Assembly (NCBI RefSeq): GCF_902652985.1
Contig: NC_047020.1
Coordinates: forward strand, 37,634,001 to 37,698,000
Direction: 5' to 3'
From: Pecten maximus
Lineage: Eukaryota
DNA length: 64,000 nt
The notes beneath the pieces are model-generated. The model ran no database searches, was not told where the DNA came from, and was given only the letters and a program-made list of their open reading frames with translations. Both the position numbers and the translations under genes were made by a program. Of the stretch, positions 52,324-64,000 are shown piece by piece (within the stretch, counting starts at the first letter, position 1; every line of letters begins with the position of its first letter).

Positions 52324-55300
52324 TTAACTCTAATGACCAAATAACGTTACACGTAACTCTAAGGACAAAATAACGTTACACTTAACTCTAATGACCAAAT
52401 AACGTTACACTTAACTCTAATGACAAATAACGTTACACGTAACTCTAATGACCAAATAACGTTACACATAACTCTAATGACCAAATAACGTTACACGTAA
52501 CTCTAATGACCAAATAACGTTACACGTAACTCTAATGACCAAATAACGTTACACGTAACTCTAATGACCAAATAACGTTACTCGTAACTCTAAGGACAAA
52601 TAACATTACACTTAACTCTAATGACTAATGACCAAATAACTTTACACTTAACTCTAATGACAAATAATTTTACACTTAACTCTAATGACCAAATAACGTT
52701 ACACGTAACTCTAATCACCAAATAACGTTACACTTAACTCTTATGACAAAATAACGTTACACTTAACTGTAATGACAAATAACGTAACACGTAGCTCTAA
52801 TGACCAAATAACGTTACACTTAACTCTAATGACAAAATAACGTTACACTTAACTCTAATGACAAAATAACGTTACACTTAACTCTAATGACAAATAACGT
52901 AACACGTAGCTCTAATGACAAAATAACGTTGCACTTAATTCTAATGACCAAATAACGTTACACGTAACTCTAATGACCAAATAACGTTACACGTAACTCT
53001 AATGACCAAATAACGTTACACGTAACTCTAATGACCAAATAACGTTACACGTAACTCTAATGACAAATAACGTTACACATAACTCTAATGACCAAATAAC
53101 GTTACACTTAACTCTAATGACAAAATAACGTTACACTTAACTCTAATGACTAATGACCAAATAACTTTACAAGTAACTCTAATGACAAAATAACGTTACA
53201 CTTAACTCTAATGACAAATAACGTTACACGTAACTCTAATGACAAATAACGTTGCACTTAATTCTAATGACCAAATAACTTTACACGTAACTCTAATGAC
53301 AAAATAACTTTACACTTAACTGTAATGACCAAATAACGTTACACATAACTCTAATGACCAATTAACATTACACTTAACTCTAATGACTAATGACCAAATA
53401 ACTTTACAAGTAACTCTAATGACAAAATAACTTTACACTTAACTCTGATGACCAAATAACGTTACACTTAACTCTAATGACAAATAACGTTACACGTAAC
53501 TCTAATGACCAAATAACGTTACACTTAACTCTAATAACAAATAACGTTACACGTAACTCTAATGACTAAATAACGTTACACGTAACTCTCATGACCAAAT
53601 AACTTTACAAGTAACTCTAATGACAAAACAACTTTACACTTAACTCTGATGACCAAATAACGTTACACTTAACTCTAATGACCAAATAACGTTACACGTA
53701 ACTCTAATGACCAAATAACGTTACACGTAACTCTAATGACCAAATAACGTTACACATAACTCTAATGACCAAATAACGTTACACTTAACTCTAATGACCA
53801 AATAACGTTACACTTAACTCTAATGACCAAATAACGTTACACATAACTCTAATGACCAAATAACGTTACACGTAACTCTAATGACCAAATAACGTTACAC
53901 GTAACTCTAATGACAAATAACATTAAACTTAACTCTAATGACCAAATAACGTTACACTTAACTCTCATGACCAAATAACGTTACAGGTAACTCTCATGAC
54001 CAAATAACGTTACACATAACTCTAATGACAAATAACATTAAACTTAACTCTAATGACCAAATAACGTTACACTTAACTCTAATGACCAAATAACGTTACA
54101 CATAACTCTAATGACCAAATAACGTTACACATAACTCTAATGACCAAATAACATTAAACTTAACTCTAATGACCAAATAACGTTACACATAACTCTAATG
54201 ACCAAATAACGTTACACGTAACTCTAATGACCAAATAACGTTACACGTAACTCTAATGACCAAATAACGTTACACGTAACTCTAATGACCAAATAACGTT
54301 ACACGTAACTCTAATGACCAAATAACGTTACACGTAACTCTAATGACCAAATAACGTTACACTTAACTCTAATGACCAAATAACGTTACACATAACTCGA
54401 ATGACAAATAACATTACACATAACTCTAATGACAAATAACATCACACTTAACTCTAATGACCAAATAACGTTACACATAACTCTAATGACAAATAACGTT
54501 ACACGTAACTCTAATGACCAAATAACGTTACACTTAACTCTAACGACCAAATAACGTTACACGTAACTCTAATGACCAAATAGCATCACACGTAACTCTA
54601 ATGACCAAATAGCGTTACACTTAACTCTCATGACCAAATAACGTTACACGTAACTCTAATGACCAAATAATGTTTCACGTAACACTAATGACCAAATAAC
54701 GTTACACGTAACTCTAATGACCAAATAACGTTACACGTAACTCTAATGACAAAATAACTTTGCACTTAACTCTAATGACCAAATAACTTTACACGTAACT
54801 CTAATGACAAATAACGTTACACGTAACTCTAATGACCAAATAACGTTACACGTAACTCTAATGACAAATAACTTTGCACTTAACTCTAATGACCAAATAA
54901 CTTTACACGTAACTCTAATGACCAAATAACATTACACTTAACTCTAATGACAAATAACGTTACACGTAACTCTAATGACCAAATAACGTTACACGTAACT
55001 CTAATGACCAAATAACGTTACACTTAACTCTAATGACCAAATAACGTTACACGTAACTCTAATGACCAAATAATGTTACACGTAACACTAATGACCAAAT
55101 AACGTTACACTTTACTCTAATGACCAAATAACGTTACACGTAACTCTAATGACCAAATAACGTTACACGTAACTCTAATGACCAAATAACGTTACACGTA
55201 ACTCTAATGACCAAATAACGTTACACTTAACTCTAATGACCAAATAACGTTACACGTAACTCTAATGACCAAATAACGTTACACGTAACTCTAATGACCA

Positions 55301-55339
55301 AATAACGTTACACTTAACTCTAATGACCAAATAACGTTA
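52324..55339 (+). repeat. 29-bp satellite, ~104 copies (taactctaatgaccaaataacgttacacg)
   Basis: Period 29 (55141, 55170, ...), with occasional 28-bp units and 7-bp gactaat stutters. Confidence 0.98.
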
Positions 55340-58300
55340 TTACCAAATACACTTTACTGCTACAACCAGGTAGATTAAGATTTACTAAATGAACCAAGTA
55401 ATGTTACCTTGACTCAAACCTTTCATGAACTATTTGCTAAACGTAGCCGTTATACACAATTAGTAGTATTATATCATAAAGCAGATTTAATGTAATTAAT
55501 ATGATGCAGCTCATGAAATTAACACTTACAGATTCAGCTATAGTTGATTCTAACGCTGTGATGCAGTCACTTCAGTTCTCTTTGTCATCATAATCAAAAT
55601 TAGGCGAATATCGTTCGGTCAATGATCTCATAGAATATATCAGAAATCTACGAAGACGTACGTTGTTTAAAGAGAGCTGGAGTAACATGGTGTCATAGGG
55701 AAGTGTGAACATAGACTTACACAACATGAACAACCTGTTTACATATAACAGCAATGTGTTGGTTGTATTGCTAGAGACCAGTATACAACTAAATGATGTA
55801 CGCATTCCGGGGAAGTATAAGGCCGTTATATAATTTACAACAATATTCATTTAGTGGTGATTTACTGATCTCAATCTTTTTTAAGGTATTATTTTAATCA
55901 ATATGTACAATAAGATTTGGCATACATTTTCCAATTTATATCGAACACTTTGCCAAATAATTTCGTATAGACACAATCTGTCCGTTAATGCAATATATCT
56001 ATAAAATAATTTTATATCCCTTTATATTATGTGAATGTGACATGTAAAAATCGTTAAAACATATCTTAAACAATAAATGTCTATCAAAACTCTCCCTGAA
56101 GGAAACAAGCAATATAATTTCCACAATATCTGGCCCGATTCAAAAACAGATGATGCTTAGTAGAGAAAAAACATATAACCCTGATGACCCTAAGCCTGAA
56201 ATTTTGGGGCAATATGTGATTTATTTTCTTTAAAGCTGTATAGCTTTTCTTAATTCGTAGTGTTTGCGTATATTACTCTTTAAACTTGTTATGTTTCCAT
56301 TTTTTCATAGACGGTTACTCTAAAACAAGATTATAGCATGTTGGAAATCAGTTAAGAAGAATTCTATTTGTAAAAGCGGTTGATGGTAATAAAGGTCATG
56401 ATTTGAAGCTCTCTGTCCCTGTGTAAATGTCAATGAATCTCGTTATCTATTTTAGAACTACTATACAGCGGTGACGTGATATAGGGTTGGAAGGGACGAC
56501 GTTTATGTCCTTAGTTCTCTGTCATCATACGTTGGAACCTGGCATATAACTATCAGTATCGTGTCCCTATGGAGTTCCAGTGAGAAGGTTTGTCGGGCCA
56601 TTCCGAGCGGTGTGGATCCCAATGACTTTTGTTACTGAAGACTGATGTTCTGAAAGGCGATTTACCATCCTTTGACAAACGTACCATTCGATACGTATGA
56701 TAAACGTACTAATTTTGTAGAACATTTGTTAGAGCGAGGATGCGGTCATACAACGCGTCGTACGTTGTTATGGAAACCAGTTAAGCGGAACACGTGGTTA
56801 CATTTGAAGATGTCAGAGTGCAAATAGCTCTGGTAGAAACAGCTTGCTGACCTCGGTGTTCAAACAACTTTGCAATTAATTCTTAGATAAAGTGTTTTGA
56901 ACATTAAAGGGGATTAAACAAAAAACACTTCCAGCGAAATTTTGATGTTTTATAACATTAATGTTCATGAAGTATAAATTAGACTTTTTATGCCCAATGA
57001 TGTTATTTTTTTTATTGAAATCGAATTTTGCACCACAGTTCTATTAACATCTGTAATACCACACACAAGAAGTCGAAAGTAGCAACAGCTTCCAATAAAA
57101 AGGCAGGAAAGACATTTCCAGATAATTATTTTGAATAAAATCAGCACAATTAGGTTTTTAAATTGCAAGCAAGCGCTGTGTCAGCTTGACACGTATATCA
57201 GACATATATATAATTTACATTGCAATTTTTCAATGTCCAAAAATGGCTTGCGATTCCCATTTCAGTCTTGAATTTAAATATTTAAATACCGTCATGTAAA
57301 ATAATGCACTTGACGAAAACAAGATGAATACATTTACTCTAACTGTCTGCTTACTACTGTTTTAGTTTATCGGGTTTAAAAATTCAAATTTACAGAAGCA
57401 ACATGAATTCAAAATGAACTCACACCACACTCAATTATTAGCAAAAATATGAGGTCGGGCAAAGCTTTCAAATCACCACCTGCAATATTTAGTGTGTCGG
57501 GTTTATGATTCATAACTGCATAAGCAACATCAATTTAAAACTTAAGATACTACATCCAATGAAATATGAGGTCTGACAAAGCCTCCAAAGCCTCGTCCGT
57601 AAACAATATATAAATATCATCATTACAAACCCTAAACCTGGTGGATAACCAAGAAAAACCTGCTTACATATATCCTCCGTGTTTGTAAAATACGAAAATA
57701 TACGAACTTGGCCTTTTTTGGTTTTTAATCCAGAAACCTCTCACTAATCCTTACAAACAAGGTTTTATCGTAGATGTTCGAGGAAGCCTTTCTCCGCATT
57801 CCACAGCCCCGTTAAATCAAGGCTAGTCGCATTGTCGCAATGTTTTATCTTGGTATATTCTTATTTGGAGTTCTGACAACAAACATATATTACCACTTCG
57901 GCCATCCCTTTCCTTCTTTTTATTTTATCGGCACTTTCAACTGCATGGTGGTGCGAAATTAGCATGACCGTTCAATAGTTTGGAACGTTAAAAAATCTCC
58001 AATTTATATTCAATCCTAAATGTTATACATACCATGCAAATTGTTCAGATTTAACTTTGATCTTTTAATCTCATGCTTTAAGAAATGTTCAATGTTTTTT
58101 TTCAGAAAATGGTTGAGTGAATCCAGTTACAACAGCAAAAGTTAATAGGAAAATGTTATCCAGCGCAACGCGAAAAATAAAATGCATGGTTATTGGTATC
58201 TTAGCAGGATTTGATTTTATAATTGTTTTTTCTACAATGTAAGTCCTGTTAGAGTGACGCCCTCGTCATTTAAATGTTTCGTATAATCTCCTTCACAAAT

Positions 58301-58764
58301 GATGTTATTTTTTACAATGAGTTATCTATCCTGGGCAAATATATACCGCCATATGTCACCGATAAGCCTAATTGAACCATTACGTCACAAGATAGAAAGT
58401 TATATGGGGTGTAATGTCGTCTGCCTGTCGTACATCGTACGTCTTCTATCACTCTGGCTCCACATCAGGCCTCGCTAGGGCTCGTAATCAAAGCCAAACC
58501 GGTATTAGCGTAATCCAACATGTTCTACTTATCTTTGAAATAATTTAGAACAAAAAAGAAAAAAAAACTTAATAGTACACGTATACGCCTTAATCAATAC
58601 AATCTGGTACTAGAAACCATAGCATTTATTCAGTCCGCGGAATATTTCTTCAAAAGCACATAAGCTAATCTGTAGAATCAAAGTTTTCTAAATAGTACTG
58701 CTGTTAACACGTCAAAACTACACCATAGAAAACATGAGAAAACCAAAGTAAAAAAAAAACCGTA

Positions 58765-59428
58765 ACGACCACCAAAATAAAATCTTCCACCAGAAAATGG
58801 ACCATATGTAATATACAATGTATATACTTGTCAGAAACGACCACCAAAATAAAATTTCCACCAGAAAATAGACCATATATAATATATATACTTGTCGGAA
58901 ACGACCACTAAAATAAAATGTTCCACCAGAAAATGTACCATATATAATATATATACTTGTCGGAAACGACCACCAAAATAAAATGTTCCACCAGAAAATG
59001 GACCATATATAATATACAATGTATATACTTGTCAGAAACGACCACCAAAATAAAATTTCCACCAGAAAATAGACCATATATAATATATATACTTGTCGGA
59101 AACGACCACCAAAATAAAATGTTCCACCAGAAAATGTACCATATATAATATATATACTTGTCGGAAACGACCACCAAAATAAAACGTTCTACCAGAAAAT
59201 GGACCATATATAATATATATACTTGTCGGAAACGACCACCAAAATAAAATGTTCCACCAGAAAATGGACCATATATAATATATATACTTGTCGGAAACGA
59301 CCACCAAAATAAAATGTTCCACCAGAAAATGGACCATATATAATATATATACTTGTCGGAAACGACCACCAAAATAAAATGTTCCACCAGAAAATGGACC
59401 ATATATAATATATATACTTGTCGGAAGC
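58765..59428 (+). repeat. 65-bp minisatellite, ~10 copies
   Basis: acgaccaccaaaataaaatgttccaccagaaaatggaccatatataatatatatacttgtcggaa; period 65 (59221 to 59286). Confidence 0.97.
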
Positions 59429-61201
59429 AACAACCATGAACAACAATGTCAAGTACATTGTATGTGGGTTCTAATTCACTGATAGGCAAGGACAAATACT
59501 ATAAACAGAAAGAGTACAGCGTAGTTTGACGTTCCAAGGTAGAGAACTTTGTCTACATGAAGTTGTATACCGATTAAAATTTAATTTAAGATATTGCACG
59601 GTTTTATATATTTGTAACGGCACATGAATTGTGTACAGAGATGTTGATTATTACATAGAAACATTTTTAATATTATAAACATGCACTTTCATTATTTTGT
59701 TTGAATAAGCTCTAGTTAATGGTAAATCGATGATGAGTCTATATAGCACCAAGGGTTGTTGTATCCGAAATATTTTAGGAGAGAAAAGTTAACGATCGGG
59801 GGAAGACAATAAAGCCACCATGTTTGTTTTATTTTTATCAATATGTATCCCTTGATAATTCCTTCAACCTTCCAATTCACGATCAAGCACTTTCGTTGCT
59901 TGAAATAACCCTTCTAGGGAATTTTATACCAGAAAAAAATCCATTTATAAATTTATACAAGAAACATTCCAACATATCAACTTTTTATTTGATTTCAGTG
60001 CGAAAATGTCAACTATCCTGGTAAAATAGGCGTCGCCTTACGGGAGAATGGTTCTAGAGATGAATTTGTTTTGTAACCTGATAATTACCAGGAACTCATT
60101 TCGGATTCTGATATTTGAATTTATTGGGTGAGATTTTTAAGCTTCCTATTGTGAATCTTTTATTGGACGTTGTTAACATGTTGTACAAGGGTGTTAAGAA
60201 ACACACACCATTAAAAGGGTGTTTTTCTACCTTAATGAATCATTCATTTGTTTAGACTTGCACATTAAAATAAATATTCTATGTTGAACATTTTCTGCAA
60301 GAACCAAAAGGACCCAACAATAATCCCTCTTCCATTGAATTAACGATGCCATGCAATAAGATGCATTACACATTTACAGCATCTGAAGCCCTCGTCGTCA
60401 AGATCCTCTTCCTCTCCAGCTGGTGTCCTACTCATATGATTTTGGCTTTTGCATTGCAGTGACTTAAAACTACAAAACAGCCGTGATGATATCAACACCA
60501 TATATGAACCCTTCTAAGTATCCTTTATAGCATATGCTAGTTGTTCATGTTATCTTATCTTCGTTTGTGTATTTGTATTTTAATCATTTTTCTTTTCTAT
60601 CTTTCTTCAAAATCAAAGCTCTATTTACATTGCCCAAACAACGTTTCAAAATAGTGAAAACCACATTTGATGAATATACTTTAAAACACATATTTCATTA
60701 TACCAGTCTTACACGTAGTGCAACAAATATATAACTAAATCAGATGTACCACGCAAACGTGGACTTGGGAGTTCCAGCCTCCCTGATACTATAGCCTCTT
60801 ACCGCATCGATCATTGTAAATCGCCCAGTGATGAGGTTGGACTTTCACCCAGCGTCTCGTTAAATACTTTTTAGGGATAGTAATAAACGTAGTCCCTTCA
60901 GTAAGGATATACACATATGCTGTTCCAGTGTCGTTTCACGGATATTTAAAAATAGAAGGAAATTGGTCGTCTTGAAGGACACTTTCTCCAATCAGATAAT
61001 TGGGTCAATAACTCCAGAACCAGTCGTTAGTAAATGGGGACATGGTATGTATGTCAATGGTGACACGCGAGTCAGAAGTTAAAAAACGGTAAAAGTCAGA
61101 TGTCACTCGGATAAATTGAGTCCATTAGACGATGCTACCTAAGCAACATTCAATTCTTCAGCGGTTCAAATATAAGGTCTTCTGTGCTCTAACATCCGGG
61201 C

Positions 61202-62290
61202 AAACAAGAGTATTGCGGATAAGCATTTTATTAAATGTTCTATAATTCCGAAAATTATTGCATGGTTTTAGCTACGACCTCGCGACTCATAACCAATAGA
61301 TAGTTAAAAGTGGATCTTGGCGCCAGCCATTGGATTATATTTATTTTTCCTATGATAGACTGATCTTTTCTCTACCTTTCCTTCTTTTCGCTCTTCCTTT
61401 TGATTCTTTGATAATAAGTGGAGCCTACATATGAATCCCAAGAAAGATCTTGGTCCTTTCTAAAAATGATTGATAAACAATTTTCAAAGTCAAAATCAAA
61501 GAAGGCCGTCTGTCGGCCATTTTCCTGTCGAGATCTGATTCAAAATTAAATATGCACAAGTAAGAGATTATTTTCATCAAGATTTAAAAATACCCTTCTG
61601 GTGCTTTTGAAGAAATATTGATAACAAACAACTGTAAAAATCCAGTTCAGACGCCCGTTGACCATTTTGAATTACAGATCCGATTCAAAATTGAATCGCC
61701 ACAGCTAAGGGCCCAGGGAAACACCAATAGGATGTTTGAGAAATATCCTCACTTGACTTCTCCAGAAATAGCGATAACAAACTTAAATTTGTCAAAATCC
61801 AAGATGGCCGAATGTTGGCCTTTTGATTTCCAGATCAGACTCAAAACTAAATGGGCACAACTATTGACTTAGAGGGACCAACTCGTCACGTTTGAGAAAC
61901 AAGCTTGCAGTGCCTTCCAAGAAATTACAATTTCTAAAAAAAACTTCACTGCTTAAAGCCAAGATAGCAAAGTTTGTTTTGTTCTGTTTTTGTTTTTGTG
62001 TTGTTTTTTTTTTTTTTTTTTTCAAACGTAGGGACTATAAATGACAAATTTCAGTTGCCAAAATCAAAGATTGCTGCGTGTCGGCCATTTTGTTACTGAT
62101 CAAAATCAAAATTTACCTGGCATAACTAGGGACCAAGAGGAACTTACATGTGAAATTTGAGAAATATTCCTCCAGTACTTCTCAGGTTATGGCAATGACA
62201 AGAAGTGTTTACGGACGGACGCACGGAGGTACGGACCACGGACGGAGAGGTATTTGAATAGCCGACCATCTAATGATGACGGGCTTAATA
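61202..62290. mobile_element. HINE-like element with ~150-bp core repeats and GGAC microsatellite
   Basis: aaaatc(c/a)aagatggc...gtcggccatttt modules at about 61493, 61637, 61794 and 62059. tttacggacggacgcacgg microsatellite, imperfect terminal hairpin agccgaccatc-taat-gatgacgggct. Left boundary (aacaagag) is uncertain. Confidence 0.7.
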
Positions 62291-62985
62291 GTAAACTATA
62301 AGGTCTTTTGTATCTGTCGTTCATGCTGTGTCAATTTGTCATATGTATTAATATGTCCTTGAAATCCTCAAGGTTCTTAAGACAATATTTTCTGACGTTA
62401 ACCTTTTGGCTGCTGTATCGATGACAGCATCCTACAAGTCTTGTTCAAATCCACGCTGTGTTACGTAAACTGTGAATGACAGCTCAACCATCGATCATAA
62501 ATCGTAATCAGTTTTCATCAGCATGCATCTCCTAAAGCCTTATGATTTAAGTTTGGCCGTCAGCAGCAGACATCTTTCTGGAGGAATTTTTTTATTGAAA
62601 CAAACCCTTCAATAACCTTTTATTACCAAATGTCAATCACGAAAAATGCTTTGTTTGATTCTTTACATGTTTATCGTTGCATATTGCATCAGATAAGCAA
62701 ACCCATCAACTAATTCTTAGAAAACTTCATATTTGAAATATTGTATATCTTGACTTTTCACATTATATGCACTGTATACTTTTAAAGAAATGTATATTTT
62801 CCTGGATTTTGTATTTATTTTGGTGACTAATTCATTTTTAAGATCATACCTATGAAAACAAGTATTTCCAGTTACGCTGACATAATACAATTTCAGTTGT
62901 TATAAATATATGTGTTAAAATATCTAACAGGGACAGAAATCGTTGAATATGGATATGTAAAAGATCCGGCTCCGGCCGTTGACTT

Positions 62986-63355
62986 TATATATTGAGATCC
63001 AAGAGGGATCCTGGCGACCGCCATTAACTGTATATATTGAGATCCAAGAGGGATCCTGGCGCCCGCCATTAACTGTATATATTGAGATCCAAGAGGGATC
63101 CTGGCGACCGCCATTAACTGTATATATTGAGATCCAATGGGGATCCTGGCGCCCGCCATTGACTGTATTTATTGAGATCCGAGGGGGATCCTGGCGCCCG
63201 CCATTAACTGTATATACAATTGTATTTAGATCCAAGAGGGATCCTGGCGCCCGCCATTAACTGTATATATTGAGATCCAATGGGGATCCTGGCGCCCGCC
63301 ATTAATTGTATATATTGAGATCCAAGGGGGATATAGTGCCCGCCATACACTGTAT
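62986..63355 (+). repeat. 45-bp minisatellite, ~8 copies, two hairpins per unit
   Basis: tatatattgagatcc-aagag-ggatcc-tggcg-cc-cgcca-ttaactg; period 45. Confidence 0.97.
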
Positions 63356-63409
63356 GTATTGGTTCTACGTCAGACTTTTCTCTACTTTCACATCTTCCTC
63401 ATATTTATT

Positions 63410-63850
63410 TGATAACAAGCGGATCCCACTGATGAAATCTATAGACGATCTAAGAAGAACTTTCTGGGAAAATCGGTAACAGATTTCAACTGTTAAAAAC
63501 ACCTAAAAAAAACATGGCTAAAATTAAGCATGAACAGGTTGGCGGCCAAGGGACATCTTCATATCAAATCTGTGAAAGATCTAAGAAGAGCTAACTGAGA
63601 AATAGCGATAACAAATTTCAGCTGTTAAAATCGATGATGGCTGTAAATTGCAAATTGCTCTTGGTTTCCTTTTCATGATCAGTCTAGAAATTTATCATGC
63701 ACTTCTTGGGACCAAGGGAAATCTACCTATGTCATTTTATCCTTCAAGTACTTGTCAAGAAATATCTCAATTACAAGGTTTACGGACGGACAGACGAACG
63801 GACGACGGACCACAGACGAAAGGTCATGTGGGTCAGGAAGCTCATTGATG
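63410..63850. mobile_element. Second, partial copy of the 61.2-62.3 kb HINE-like family
   Basis: gaaatagcgataacaaa, gggaccaagggaa and tttacggacggacagacg...ggaccac are shared with 61500-62250. Confidence 0.65.
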
Positions 63851-64000
63851 CTATCATCACACGGCAACATATTGCTCCTGAGGTGAGCATGTCTCATACC
63901 GAGATCAATAGAACCATATTGTACTGACATTTAGAGAAGTTAATATAAAATTTCTATATCAGAGATTTAGTTCCTATATCCCTTATGTTATCCTTCACAG

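Noticed and set aside
58718-59495. Aromatic, membrane-like ORFs
   Set aside because: Products of a 65-bp (non-3n) minisatellite cycling through frames.
62986-63355. CRISPR-like array (palindromic repeats); also considered for the 29-bp and 65-bp arrays
   Set aside because: Units are head to tail with no unique spacers, no cas genes are present, and the context is a spliced eukaryotic locus.
63975-64000. Splice acceptor-like end of the window (ttatccttcacag)
   Set aside because: The downstream sequence is unavailable and no upstream exons were identified in 37-64 kb.

Overview
AT-rich eukaryotic genomic DNA, probably from a bivalve mollusc (inferred only from the repeat types: tRNA-derived SINEs and Helentron-type non-autonomous elements). 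One well-supported gene is present: the 3' part of an acatalytic alpha-carbonic-anhydrase-related protein (CARP X / CA10-like) on the + strand. It has six spliced exons between 21217 and 36877 (169 aa partial, all GT-AG, phases consistent). Five of the six exons are missing from the supplied ORF track, and I could not find the upstream exons in the window. The rest is intron or intergenic DNA with at least 6 Helentron-associated (HINE/DINE-like) elements, 5 SINE copies, several MITEs and about 10 tandem arrays (36, 42, 25, ~130, ~141, 17/18, 29, 65, 45 bp units). The best candidate for something new is a ~2.9 kb 36-bp array (6279-9170). Its minus strand encodes an E/K/P/T-rich 12-aa repeat broken only by four single-base losses at C runs, so it may be an antisense gene nested in the CARP intron, or a pseudogene. 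There are no CRISPR arrays, rRNA, true tRNA genes or autonomous transposase/RT ORFs.
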